Below are positions 1 to 11,294 of a DNA stretch of 64,000 bases, in pieces; position 1 is the first letter of the stretch; every line of letters begins with the position of its first letter. The position numbers were made by a program, and so were the translations under genes. Origin of the DNA: Candidatus Dormiibacterota bacterium (lineage in GTDB: Bacteria; Chloroflexota; Dormibacteria; Aeolococcales; Aeolococcaceae); the NCBI GenBank assembly GCA_963800175.1, contig CAWCZS010000002.1, forward strand, positions 960,328 through 1,024,327, read 5' to 3'. The notes below the pieces were generated by a model that did no database searches, was not told the DNA's origin, and saw nothing but the letters and a program-made list of their open reading frames with translations.

Positions 1-1027
1 GCCGCGCTCGCCCAAAGTGATCACGGGGCTCGTGATCCTCGCGGTCTTCGCGGTGATCGCCATCATCGGCGCCTGGATCGCTCCGTACTCCCCGAATCTC
101 ACCAATGAGAGTTGGGTGCAGCACGTTCTCGTTGCCGGCACCGGTCCCGGGACGAACATCAAGGCCGACTACTACCCACTTCCGTTGGCGCCATCGAGCG
201 CGCACTGGCTCGGCACCACGATCTTTGCCCAGGACGTCTGGTCGCAACTGCTTGTCTCGACTCAGGCCACGGTTGCGGTCGGGCTGCTCGCGGCAGCGAT
301 CTCCACGGTGCTCTCGATCATCGTCGGAGTCACTGCGGGCTACCTCGGCGGCGGCGCCGACGAGGGGCTGTCGTTGCTCGGCAACGTCTTTCTCGCGATC
401 CCAGGGCTGCCGTTGCTGATCGTGCTCGCCGACTACGTGCCGGCCGCGGGCACGAGCATCTTCCTCGTCAGCCTGATCATCGCGATCACCGCATGGGCGT
501 ACAGCTCCCGGGTGCTGAGGGCGCAAACCCTCTCGTTGCGCAATCGGGACTTCGTTGAGGCAGCACGGGTTTCGGGAGAGGGGAGGATCCGCATCATCCT
601 CGTCGAGGTCCTGCCGAACCTCATTCCGATCGTGGCAGCGTCATTCCTTTTCACGACCCTGTACGCGATCGGCGCGTACGTCGCCATCTCCTTCCTCGGC
701 CTCGCCGGGTCACCGACGTCGTCACCACCAGGCCTCTGGAACTGGGGCTACATGCTGCGCGAAGTCTTCGCGAACGATGCGGTGCGCGGCGGCTGGTGGT
801 GGTGGTGGCTGCCGCCCGGCCTCTGTATCGCGCTGCTCGGCACAGGCCTGGCACTCCTCAACTTCGGCATCGACGAATTCATCAATCCCCGGCTCCGCGT
901 CGCCGGGTTGTCCCGCAAAGCCGCGCGCAAGCTGGGGATCAGCCGCCGGCCGAAGCTCGGGCTCACGCCCGTGGTGCGAAACCGCATCAAGGTCGACGTG
1001 GGCACGGCGGAACCGGGGACGCCATGA
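1..1027 (+). CDS. Oligopeptide/dipeptide ABC transporter permease (OppC/DppC family), 5'-partial at window edge
   Basis: ORF 17..1027 is open back to base 2. It has multi-TM hydrophobic N-terminal helices and a C-terminal LLPPGL...NxLGDxxR-type EAA-loop permease signature. Confidence 0.8.
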   Translation, partial: PRSPKVITGLVILAVFAVIAIIGAWIAPYSPNLTNESWVQHVLVAGTGPGTNIKADYYPLPLAPSSAHWLGTTIFAQDVWSQLLVSTQATVAVGLLAAAISTVLSIIVGVTAGYLGGGADEGLSLLGNVFLAIPGLPLLIVLADYVPAAGTSIFLVSLIIAITAWAYSSRVLRAQTLSLRNRDFVEAARVSGEGRIRIILVEVLPNLIPIVAASFLFTTLYAIGAYVAISFLGLAGSPTSSPPGLWNWGYMLREVFANDAVRGGWWWWWLPPGLCIALLGTGLALLNFGIDEFINPRLRVAGLSRKAARKLGISRRPKLGLTPVVRNRIKVDVGTAEPGTP

Positions 1028-2188
1028 CCCTCCAAGGGATGAGCGCCATGAACAGCTCCGCGAGCCCGGCCGTGTCTCCTTCCGCCGCGAGCCTGGATCC
1101 GGTGCTCGAGATCCGAGGCCTGTGCGTCGACTACGGCTTCGGCGACGACGCGGTGCATGCGGTTTCCGACTGCGACCTGACGCTTGGCCGCGGCCGCGTC
1201 CTCGGTCTGGCGGGGGAGAGCGGCAGCGGCAAGTCGACGCTTGCCATGGCCGCGATCCGTCTGCTCCGCTCGCCGGGTGTCATCACCGGCGGCGAGGTGC
1301 TTTTCCACTCCAAAGCCGAGTCCGGGACGCGAGCTCGCGCCGACTGTTGACCTACTGGTGGCAAACGAGGAGCAACTCCGAACCGTCCGTTGGTCCGAGA
1401 TCGCAATCGTCCTGCAGAGCGCGTTGAATGCGCTCAACCCGGTGAGCACCATCGGCGCGCAATTCGACGAGCTGCTGGCAACCCATCGTCACGGGATGAG
1501 CCGGGCCGACAGACGCGAACGCGCAGGCGACCTGCTCGAGCTGGTGGGCATGACGGCGGACCGGCTTCGCAGCTATCCACATGAGATGTCAGGTGGCATG
1601 CGCCAGCGGGCGATGATCGCGATGGCGCTCGCGCTGGATCCCCAGGTCATGATCCTCGACGAGCCCACGACGGCTCTTGACGTGGTGACCCAGCGCGAGA
1701 TCCTCGAGGAATTGATGGGACTGCGAGACCGGCTGGGTTTCGCGGCGCTTTTCATCACGCACGACCTCTCACTGCTGGTCGAGTTCGCCGACGACATCGC
1801 GGTGATGTATGCGGGCCGGCTCATGGAACGGGCGCCCGCGGCGTCGCTGTTTCGCGCGCCTCGTCTTCCGTATACGCACGGCCTGCTGCACTGCTTTCCG
1901 CCGATGCACGGCGATCGCTATCGGATGGAGGGGATTCCCGGCTCGCCCCCCGATCTGCGAGATCTTCCGCCGGGCTGCGCGTTTCATCCGCGATGCCAGT
2001 GGGCGATGCCGCAATGCGGTCAGGATGTGCCAAAACTCGAACCGCTGGCGGGGACGTCTCGCGAGGTTGCCTGCTGGCTGCATCGCGGTAACGCGACAGC
2101 TCCTCCCGAGTTGACGCTTCCGGATCCCGCGATGGGGCCTCCAGGTGTCGCACCGCCCATCGACACGAGCGCGGGGCGCGCTGTATGA
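1024..2188 (+). CDS. Opp/Dpp-family ABC ATP-binding protein (OppD-like), frameshift near 1320-1350
   Basis: ATG at 1024 overlaps the permease stop. Walker [10 protein letters not shown] is in ORF 796..1350. Signature [12 protein letters not shown], Walker [11 protein letters not shown] and the C-terminal oligopeptide-ABC tail are in ORF 1184..2188, in the +1 frame. Confidence 0.8.
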
Positions 2189-3237
2189 CCACGCTCGCCG
2201 TCGTTCCCGACGCCGGCCCCGAGGCGCCCGTGCTCGAAGGCCGAGGTTTGACGAAGTCGTTCTCGGTCAAGCGGGGTAGCGGACTGCTCGCGCGCCGCTC
2301 GCGGCTCCATGCGGTGGATGACGTTTCGCTGCAGCTGACGGCCGGAGCGGTCACCGCCGTCGTGGGCGAGAGCGGATCCGGCAAGACAACTGTTGCCCGA
2401 TTGCTCGCCAGGATCGTGAAACCCGATGCCGGCGATGTGCTCCTCGACGGAAAGCCCGTCGCCGCGACACGCTCCCGCGCGTTCGCGGCGCAGGTGCAGA
2501 TGGTGTTCCAGGACCCGTTTGCCTCACTCAATCCCGTGCACAGGATTCGCCATCACCTGGCGCGCCCCCTCCAGATCCACCACACCGCCGACGGTGACGT
2601 GGAACAGGCGGTGATGCAACTGCTGCACCGTGTTGCGCTCGATCCACCGGCGAAGTTCGCCGACAAGTTTCCCCACGAACTCTCAGGCGGCCAGCGACAG
2701 CGAGTCGCGATCGCCCGAGCCCTTGCGGTGCGTCCCCGGGTGCTGCTGGCCGATGAGCCGGTGTCGATGCTCGACGTTTCGATCCGCCTCGGCGTGCTCA
2801 ATCTGCTCGCCGATCTTCGCGACCGTGAGCAGCTCGCAATCCTTTACGTCACGCACGACATCGCGTCCGCGCGATATCTGGCCGACACCATCGTGGTCAT
2901 GTACGCCGGCCAGCTGGTCGAGGTGTCGCCGAGCGTCCGCCTCACCGACTCGCCGGCACATCCGTATACGCAACTCCTGCTATCCGCGGCGCCGGATCCG
3001 GAGCGGCTCGAGCGCCCGGTGCTCGCGGCCCGCGGAGCGCCACCGAGCCTGCTGGCGCCACCGCCCGGATGCCGTTTTCATCCGCGCTGCCCGCATGTGA
3101 TGGACATCTGCAAGCGCACGGCACCGCCCACGGTGACCGTTGCCCCGGTCACTCCGCAGCCTGCTGGTTGCACGTCGATAACGGTGAGCACCACGGCGAC
3201 GTGGCCATGGCGCCCGTGTCGCCGATTGTCGCGCTGA
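2185..3237 (+). CDS. Opp/Dpp-family ABC ATP-binding protein (OppF-like)
   Basis: Walker [10 protein letters not shown], signature [12 protein letters not shown], Walker [12 protein letters not shown] and a C-terminal CRFHPRCP motif. The start overlaps the upstream ATPase stop. Confidence 0.85.
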   Translation: MTTLAVVPDAGPEAPVLEGRGLTKSFSVKRGSGLLARRSRLHAVDDVSLQLTAGAVTAVVGESGSGKTTVARLLARIVKPDAGDVLLDGKPVAATRSRAFAAQVQMVFQDPFASLNPVHRIRHHLARPLQIHHTADGDVEQAVMQLLHRVALDPPAKFADKFPHELSGGQRQRVAIARALAVRPRVLLADEPVSMLDVSIRLGVLNLLADLRDREQLAILYVTHDIASARYLADTIVVMYAGQLVEVSPSVRLTDSPAHPYTQLLLSAAPDPERLERPVLAARGAPPSLLAPPPGCRFHPRCPHVMDICKRTAPPTVTVAPVTPQPAGCTSITVSTTATWPWRPCRRLSR

Positions 3238-3359
3238 CGGGGGAGTCAGAAGTGCAACGCCCCCCGTAGTCGGCCGCATGCCACCCACCGAAGCAACGGG
3301 AAGTGCACTGCCCAACGCAGTGCGTCGGAGATCACGAATACGGTTAGAGGAGACACAAC

Positions 3360-5144
3360 ATGAGGCGGAGACCAGTCATTGCTGTTCTCGGCGTGACGAC
3401 ATTGTTCGTCGCGGCATGCTCGGGGTCCAGCCCAGGACCCACAAAGACGACAGGGGCGCCACTCATCTACGAACCGACCACCGGGGTCACGTTCTCGGAT
3501 GACTTCAACCCCTACGACCCCAACTCGGTGGCATCGAGCGTCGGGATGAAGAGCATCCTGTACGAGCCATTGGTCGAATTCGATCAACTCGATCCGACTG
3601 CCGCGGGGACCCATTACTGGCTCGCGACGGCGTACGCCTTCCAGAATGGTGGCAAGGATCTGCAGATCACCGTGCGAACCGGCGTGAAGTTCAGCGACGG
3701 ATCGTCGTTCGGTCCGAAGGACGTCGCGGCCACATTCGTTGCGATGAACAACCCCAAGGCCGACACCCCGGGGGTTCCGCCGCAGGTCTCCGCGCCCACG
3801 ATTTCCGGCAACAACGTGACGCTGCACTTCGGCACGTCGCAATTCACCGGCCTGTGGGCAATCCTCGGTACGACCTACATGATGCAGGCATCGGTGGCGA
3901 ACGAGATCGCGCAGAACCCCACCATGCAGATCACGCATCCGGTCGGCACCGGACCCTTCGAGCTCGACAGCTATTCCACGTCGCTGATCAAGTTCAAGCC
4001 AAATCCCAACTACTGGGGCGGAAAGCCACCGGAGTCGGAGGTCGAGGTGCCGTCTGTCGCCACGAACGCGGCCGCGGCTGATGCACTCGTGAGCGATCAA
4101 CTCGACTGGGCCGGCAACGACATCCCCAACATCTACGCCAGCTTCGTCAACCTCGACCCGCAGACCAACCATGCCTGGTTCGCGTCAGGAAACACCGTCG
4201 TGATGTGGTTCAACCTGAATCCGGGCAACGGTGGCGCCACCGGGATCAGTGATGCGGCGGTTCGCAAGGCGGTCAGTTACGGCATCGACCGCAATGCGCT
4301 TGCCCTCCTGGGCGAGTCCGGGTACGAGGAGCCGGCGAGCTCATCCAGCGGACTGATCCTGCCGAACCAGAAGGCGTTCCTTCCGTCGGACGGCAGCCTC
4401 ACCGGTGATCTCTCCACCGCGGGCAACGTCCCTGATGCGACAACCGCGGCGGCAGACAAGCTGCCAAGCGGTGACGACGTCTACGACATCCTCACCGGCG
4501 ACGGTTGGAAGGCGCCCGCAACGTCGTCCTACAGCAGTGGAACCTACAAGTCGGCCGGAAACTGCGACGGCACCAACGTTGCCAACTGCTGGACCAAGGC
4601 CGGCCAGATCATCAAGTTCTCCGTCTACGATCCGGTCCCCTTCTCCGACTACTGGGAGGATGCCTCGCTGATCTCCCAGGAACTGCAGGCGCTCGGCATG
4701 GACGTGACCACCAAGCCCGCGCAGGGGTATTCGGACTGGAACGCCAACCTCACCGGAACTCCTTCTGCGTGGCAGACGGCGTTGCACTGGGGTAACGGCG
4801 GCAGCATCCCGTACATCCAGTACGAGGACTGGCTGGACGGATCGAGCTCCACAACGGCAGCGCATTACGAGGGGTACTCGAACCCGGCTGCCGAGGCAGC
4901 GCTGCAGACCTATGCCAGCACGGATCCCACCGACACCACGGACCTCTATCCCGCTGTCCAGCAGCTCGAGAAGATCATGTCGACAGATGTTCCCGAGGCA
5001 CCGCTACTCTATGGCGCGGATTGGAACGTCTACAGCAGCACCAAGTACGTCGGATGGCCTGACCAGTCGGATCCGTACATGGACCCGTCGCCGAGCGATC
5101 CGCAAATGCCATACATCCTGATGCAGCTCAAGCCCGTCTCCTGA
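3360..5144 (+). CDS. ABC transporter substrate-binding protein, family 5 (peptide/oligosaccharide), lipoprotein
   Basis: 594 aa. Signal peptide with lipobox (LFVAACSGS). Size and composition are typical of SBP_bac_5. Confidence 0.75.
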   Translation: MRRRPVIAVLGVTTLFVAACSGSSPGPTKTTGAPLIYEPTTGVTFSDDFNPYDPNSVASSVGMKSILYEPLVEFDQLDPTAAGTHYWLATAYAFQNGGKDLQITVRTGVKFSDGSSFGPKDVAATFVAMNNPKADTPGVPPQVSAPTISGNNVTLHFGTSQFTGLWAILGTTYMMQASVANEIAQNPTMQITHPVGTGPFELDSYSTSLIKFKPNPNYWGGKPPESEVEVPSVATNAAAADALVSDQLDWAGNDIPNIYASFVNLDPQTNHAWFASGNTVVMWFNLNPGNGGATGISDAAVRKAVSYGIDRNALALLGESGYEEPASSSSGLILPNQKAFLPSDGSLTGDLSTAGNVPDATTAAADKLPSGDDVYDILTGDGWKAPATSSYSSGTYKSAGNCDGTNVANCWTKAGQIIKFSVYDPVPFSDYWEDASLISQELQALGMDVTTKPAQGYSDWNANLTGTPSAWQTALHWGNGGSIPYIQYEDWLDGSSSTTAAHYEGYSNPAAEAALQTYASTDPTDTTDLYPAVQQLEKIMSTDVPEAPLLYGADWNVYSSTKYVGWPDQSDPYMDPSPSDPQMPYILMQLKPVS

Positions 5145-5254
5145 GCTCGCAGCACAGCAACGATTTGTCGCCATCACGTTGATGGGAGGGTCCGTCCGGC
5201 CGGCATCGCGCCGGCCGGACACCCGGACCCGATTCAAAGAAAGGAAACGCAACC

Positions 5255-7777
5255 ATGAACGCCACTGCCACCGATGAACGCGGTGACGAGTCCGACCTGC
5301 TGACGCGCCTCAGTCTCGAGGAGAAGGTTCACCTCCTGACCGGCGCCGACGCCTGGTCGCTCAACGCGATCGCGAGTGTCGGACTGCGCTCGATGGTTGT
5401 CTCCGACGGCCCATCCGGCGTGCGCGGACGCCGCTTCGATCCGGGTCATCTCTCCTCGTCGCTGCCGTGTCCTGTGGCCTTGAGTGCCACCTGGGACGAG
5501 GATCTCGTCACGGAGGTGACGCGTGCACTCGGGGTGGAGGCACGATCGCGAGGGGTCGATGTGTTGCTCGCGCCGACGGTGAACATCATCCGTACGCCGC
5601 TGAGTGGGCGAGGCTTCGAATGCTTCTCCGAGGACCCGTTTCTGACGTCGCGCATGGCGGTTGCATACGTGCGCGGTGTGCAGGACGCCGGCGTGGGGGC
5701 CTCCGTCAAGCATTACGTGGCCAACGATTCCGAGACCGATCGGCGAACCTACGACGCCGTCATCACCGAGCAGGTACTCCGGGAGCTGTATCTGCCGCCG
5801 TTTGAAGCGTGTGTTCTCGAGGCCGACGTGGCGATGGTGATGGCTGCGTACAACTCCGTCAACGGCGACACCATGACCGCCAATCGGCCGCTGCTTCGAG
5901 ATCTGCTCAAAGGCGAGTGGGGATTCCAGGGCGTCGTCGTTTCGGACTGGTCCGCGACGAGGACAACGGAGCCAACCGCCTTGGGGGGACTGGATCTCGC
6001 CATGCCGGGGCCCCGTGGACCATGGGGCGAGCAGTTGGTAGCAGCTGTGCGTGCCGGTGCCGTCCCCGAGGCCGACATCGATGACAAAGTGTTGCGGCTG
6101 CTGGGACTTGCTCGCAAGGTCGGCGCGCTCGACGGTGTCTCCGGCTCGTTGTCGAGTGACGGTGGAGCGAGTGGACACGATGCCGCAGACACTCCGTCCT
6201 CGTTGGTGGATCACGCACTGATGCGCGAGGTGACCTCGCGGTCGTTCGTGCTCCTCCGCAACGAGGATGGCCTGCTGCCACTGAAGAACACCGACGTGCG
6301 GCGCGTCGCGCTCATCGGACCAAATGTCGCGCATCCGCAGACACAGGGCGGCGGCAGTGTGCGTGTGCTGCCAGTCATCCGGCCCGGAGTTGTCGAGTCG
6401 CTGCGCACGCTGGGTGAGTTCGATGAGGTTGATGTGCAGGAAGGCTGCGCCACGTGGGCCACGATCCCACCGCCACCGAGTGGCAGTGTGCGTGATCCGG
6501 TAAGCGGCGACATCGGTGTGCGCGTTGAGGTTCGTGACGCTGCGGGCACACTGGTGTACGAGGCCACGCATCCGACCAGCGTGCTCACATGGTGGGACGG
6601 CCTGCCTGCGACGGTGCATCGCCCGGGATCGGAGTTGCTGATCCGCGCTCGTTATCGGGCCGCGAGTGGATGGCACACACGTGATCGGCGTCGCGGGCGT
6701 TGGACTGCTGAGCATCGCGGTCGACGGCTCCGAGCGTGCGGAGGCGACGACGCTGCCGCCGACCGAGGTGGTGGAAGCGTTCTCGCGTCCGCCCGAGCTC
6801 CGTGTGCCGATCGAGTTGCGCGCGCGGCGCCGACGTGGAAATACGGGCGGCATTCCGGCCGACGATTCGAGGACCGGAGGCGGGCTTTGTCACCATGCGG
6901 TTAGGCGTGACGCCGAAGGTCGATGAGGATCAATTGCTCGACGCCGCCGTTGCGGCTGCCGTCGCAGCCGATGTCGCTGTCGTTGTGGTCGGATCCGCGG
7001 AGGGGACCGAAAGCGAGGGCTACGACCGCGACACAATGTCGCTGCCGGGAAGACAGGACGAATTGGTGCGACGTGTTGCCGCCGCACAGCCAAAGACTGT
7101 CGTCGTTGTCAACTCGGGGATGCCCGTGCTGATGCCGTGGGTCGACGACGTCAAGGCCGTCATGCAGGTGTGGTTTCCGGGCCAGGCATTCGGGGAGGCG
7201 CTGACGGATTGCGTGCTCGGCGTCGCCGAGCCCGGTGGCCGGTTGCCGGTCTCGATCCCCCGCGAGGAGGCCGACTCTCCCGTGCTGCATGCGAAGCCAA
7301 AGGGAGGCACGCTCACTTACGCCGAGGGACTGCTCGTGGGGTATCGCGGCTACGACCGCGACGAGCGCGAGCCGCTGTTCTGTTTCGGCCATGGGCTCGG
7401 TTACACGGAGTGGAGCTACGAACTCGTTGTCCCTCGAGGGTGACGCGGTGCATGCGCACGAGGACCTCCCGGTCATCGTGACCCTGCGCAACACCGGACA
7501 CCGCCGTGGCCGCGAGGTGGTGCAGGTCTACCTGGAACCACACGATGACGAACCCGACCGTCCGCTGCGCACCCTGGCTGCCTTTGTCACGGTCGACGCC
7601 GAGGCCGGCGAGTCCGTCAGCGCGCGACTGGTGATTCCGTCCCGGGCATTTGCACGGTTCGATGCGGAGCTGCGCGACTGGACCTGGCGTCCGGGGACCT
7701 ACACCGTGCGAGCGGGCCGGTCGTCGCGAGATCTCAGGGTCAGCCAGCCGGTCCGCCTCGGCGTGCGTGTGATCTAA
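5255..7777 (+). CDS. Glycoside hydrolase family 3 beta-glucosidase (BglX-like) with C-terminal FnIII-like domain; at least 3 frameshifts (near 6655, 6830, 7440)
   Basis: N-terminal GH3 motifs (LSLEEKVHLLTG, GFxGVVVSDW, KHYVANDSE). The GH3 C-terminal domain (VVVVGSAEGTESEGYDRDTMSLPG...VVVVNSGMPVLMPW) is in ORF 6736..7443. The FnIII-like tail is in ORF 7235..7777. Together the segments tile one gene across four frames. Confidence 0.8.
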
Positions 7778-7819
7778 CCTCGAAGGGCACAGGAGCCCAT
7801 CGCGATCCAGGGGGAAACC

Positions 7820-8380
7820 ATGACCACGCTCGAGAACCGGCCGAAGACCGCGCTGATCGTCATCGACGTCCAGAACGCGGTGGTCGGAGCCGCGCACGAG
7901 CGCGACGCCGTCGTCGCGAACGTGAATACCCTCGTGGACAGAGCTCGAGATGAGGATGTCCCCGTGATTTGGGTCCAGCATTCGGACGAGGACATCGAGA
8001 AGGGCAGTGAGGGCTGGCAACTCGTCCCGGAACTCTCCCGCGATGCGGCCGAGCCCCTGATCTTCAAGAACTACCCGGACTCCTTTGAGGACTCGACGCT
8101 CGAGTCCGTGCTCGCGGGGCTTGGCGTCGGCCGGCTCGTCGTCGTCGGCGCCCAGACGGATCAGTGCATCCGCTCGACACTGCACGGCGCGCTCGTCCGG
8201 GGATATGACGCCACGCTCGTCAGTGACGCTCACACGACCGAGGACCAGACCGAGTGGGGCGCGCCGCCACCCGACAAGGTGATCGCACACACCAATCTGT
8301 ACTGGACGTATCAGACGGCGCCGGGGCGCACCGCGGGAACGGTCAAGACCCAGGACGTGGACTTCGCCGCCTCCTCCTGA
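7820..8380 (+). CDS. Isochorismatase-family cysteine hydrolase
   Basis: 186 aa with ALIVIDVQN and VVVGAQTDQCIRST motifs typical of isochorismatase-like hydrolases. Confidence 0.8.
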   Translation: MTTLENRPKTALIVIDVQNAVVGAAHERDAVVANVNTLVDRARDEDVPVIWVQHSDEDIEKGSEGWQLVPELSRDAAEPLIFKNYPDSFEDSTLESVLAGLGVGRLVVVGAQTDQCIRSTLHGALVRGYDATLVSDAHTTEDQTEWGAPPPDKVIAHTNLYWTYQTAPGRTAGTVKTQDVDFAASS

Positions 8381-8461
8381 CGGTTCGGGCCTGGGCGCCC
8401 GAACATCCTCTGGCGTCGTCCGTAGAGTGGCCCTGCTACAGCTTCGTTACCGGCACGAACG

Positions 8462-10078
8462 GTGGGTTCGCCGGATCTCTGGCAAGCTCGACGCGGCGCG
8501 TTAGCCACTCACGGAGCTGGCCCACTCAAGTTGCGAAATACCAAGGACCGGGTTCGTCGCTCGGCACCGTTTGCCATCGCCGGCCTGGTCGCGCTCGGGA
8601 GCACGCTGCTTCCGCCAGGTCCCAGACATCCGCTCTGGCTGCTGCTTGCGATCGCGCTCGCCGTAGCGCTGGCGCTGGACGGCATTCTCGGGATGTCCAC
8701 GCGGGCACCGGCCTGGGTCCCGACGGTGCAGCTCCTGGCTACCGTGGCCGCTATCAGCGTCCTCGCGTATGCGGATGGCCCTTCATCGGGCCTCTCGGCG
8801 CTGCTGCTCCTCCCGGTGATCTTCTCGGCGCTCTACGGCAAGCTCCGCGAGGCCGCGTTCGTCATCCCCGCGATCGTCGTGGCGGACACCTTTATCTGGG
8901 CCCAGGGCACCTCCAATCCGGCCGCGCTGTTCCGGAGCCTTGTGGTCTACGCAGGGCATCGCACTGCTGGTCACCTTCGCGACGCACGGGCTGCGGCAGC
9001 GCTTGAGCACGGCAGTCGGCGCGGCCGATGAACGGGCTCGCCAGCTCGCCGTCATGGCGAACGCCGCGCAGGCGCTCAACAGCCTCGACCCGGATGAGGT
9101 GATGGCGATGGCGTCGCACCTGGCGGCGATCCTCGTCTCGCCCCACGGCGATGCTCCGCGCCGGGGCCAGTATTTCGTCCTCGACGGCGATGAGATGGTG
9201 GTTGCGGCAGACAGCGACGAGGTGGGGATCAGCCTGGCCGGAGAGCGCTGGCCGACCGCCGAGCATCCCGCGGCCGTCGAGGCGATTCGCACCGGTCGGG
9301 CAACGGCGGTCCGATCGACCTGGATGACTTCGGGCCGCATTGTCCGCACGCCTGATCCAGCTGAGCGGCATCACCCACTCCGCGTATGCGCTCGTGACGG
9401 TCGACGGGAAAGCCGTCGGGATTCTGTCGGCAGTCGAGCCGCGGACGTCCGATCGCCGATGACCTCGTGGAACGGCTTGGCTCGCTTGCGCATCTCACCG
9501 AGCTGGCGCTCGCAAACGCCATGACCCATCGTCGTTTTCAACGTCAGGCCACCGTCGACGCGCTCACCGATCTGGCCAACCGCCGCGGCTTCGACCTTGC
9601 GCTCCGACGAATTTCGGGGCGCACGCCGTTCGCGATTCTCGTCGTCGACGTCGATGGGCTCAAGGTCGTCAACGACCAGTGGGGACACGCGCAAGGCGAC
9701 CGGCTCATCGTCGAAGTCAGCGCCGCGCTTGCCGGTGTGATCCGCCGCGGGGACACACTCGCGCGAGTGGGTGGCGACGAATTCGCCGCTCTCGTGCTCG
9801 ATGCGTCGGACGAAGCGATCGCGCAACTCGAAACACGGATGCAGGCGGCGGTGGGTCGACTGCGACTGGAGTCCGGCATTCCCAGTATCAGCGTCGGCGC
9901 GGCGCTTGGGGCCAGGGATGAGGCGCCGCAGGACGTGTACGAGCGGGCCGACAGCGCCATGTACCGCGTCAAGCGCCGAAGGCACGCCGACCGCGCGGCT
10001 GTCAGCGATGCCGCGCTGACCGATGCCGCCCACTCCGCTCCGGCGAGAACCGGCGTGCTGGACCCACTCCATTCCTGA
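8462..10078 (+). CDS. Membrane sensor diguanylate cyclase (multi-TM N-terminus, GAF-like middle, GGDEF C-terminus); multiple frameshifts between about 8940 and 9470
   Basis: ORF 8462..9031 has 5-6 TM helices. ORF 8940..9524 continues with a GAF-like region. ORF 9467..10078 has GGDEF motifs (DALTDLANRRGF, RVGGDEFAAL). GAF fragments are visible in the third frame around 9360-9450. Confidence 0.7.
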
Positions 10079-10082
10079 GATG

Positions 10083-11290
10083 ACAGCAATCACGCTATCC
10101 ACCACCGACGGCAATGCCGAAATCGCAACCGAGAGCCGCTGGATCGGCGTCGGTACCTCAACAGCCGCGGAGTCGTATCAAGCCGGGCAGGGAGGCCGCA
10201 TCAACCGCGATCCGCGGCACCGACCCCCGGTTGCTGATCGTCTTCGCTTCTCCCGCGCAGGATCTCGCGGCGATGATCAAAGGCGTGCGCTCGGTTGCGC
10301 CTGCCGTACCGCTCATCGGCTGCACCACAGCGGGGGAGATCGCGACCGACGGGCCTGGCGACAACGGCGTCGTGGTGACCGCACTCGGTGGCAGCGGCTT
10401 CTCGGTCGCGACCCACGCGGCCCGAAACGCTTCGCGAGACCTGCGCGGTGCGGGCGCGGCCGCAGCCACCTGCGCGGAGCACGAGCGTGCCGGTGAACAC
10501 CAGGTCCTGCTCCTGCTGACTGACGGTCTCGCCGGCGATCAGCAGGAAGTCGTTCGAGGCGCATACAGCGTCGTGGGCGCATCCGTGCCGCTGGTCGGTG
10601 GCTGTGCCGGCGACGATCTCGCAATGCGCAAGACCTTCCAGTTCTTCGATGGCGAGGTCATCGAGGACTCGGTCGTCGCGGCCGCCATCACCTCGGATGC
10701 GCCGTTCGGCATCGGCGTCCAGCACGGGTGGACCAGGGTTGGTGCTCCGTTTCTCGTGACTGCCAGCAATGGGACTCGCGTGCTTGCGCTTGACGATCGG
10801 CCCGGCACTCGACGTCTATCTCGAGCGCCTCGACGCTCCCGCCGAAGCGCGCACCGATCCCGCGGCGTTCACACGATTTGCGCTGACGCATCCGTTCGGG
10901 TTGAATCGCCGCAGCGGCGAGGAAGTGCGCTTCATCGCCGAGGCGAACTTCGAAGACCGTTCCATCGTCTGCATCGCCGAGGTCCCGCAGGGCGGGCTTG
11001 CGTGGATCATGAAAGGCGACGCCGGGTCCGTCCTGGAGGCGACCACCGCGGCGTGCTCACAGGCAATCGATGGGCTTGTCGGGCGTCCACCACTCGGGTT
11101 TCTCGCTTTCGACTGCATCGCCCGGCGCGGGGTTCTCGGCAACGAGGGCATTCGCGAAGAGGTGAGTCAGATCAAGTCGTATGCGCAGGGCGCGCCGGTC
11201 GCCGGCTTCTACACATATGGGGAAATCGCTCGCACACACGGGGTCAGCGGATTCCACAACCAGACGTTGGTGGTGCTCGCCTTCGGCTGA
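10083..11290 (+). CDS. FIST-domain sensor protein (FIST_N + FIST_C); frameshifts near 10190 and 10780
   Basis: FIST_N-like LLIVFASPAQDLAAM...LIGCTTAGEI and FIST_C-like ...FLAFDCIARRGVLG...GFYTYGEI motifs. The N-terminus MTAITLSTTDG... lies in ORF 10023's frame. Confidence 0.7.
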
Positions 11291-11294
11291 TGGC

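Noticed and set aside
790-830. Run of five Trp codons (GGWWWWWLPPG) in the OppC-like permease
   Set aside because: It looked like a repeat or low-complexity artefact, but the Trp-rich stretch before LLPPGL is part of the C-terminal motif of OppC/DppC family permeases.
5234-6853. 539-aa ORF on the minus strand opposite the GH3 gene
   Set aside because: Its Arg/His/Gly-rich composition and lack of motifs mark it as a typical antisense shadow ORF of a high-GC coding region. The plus strand carries clear GH3 signatures.
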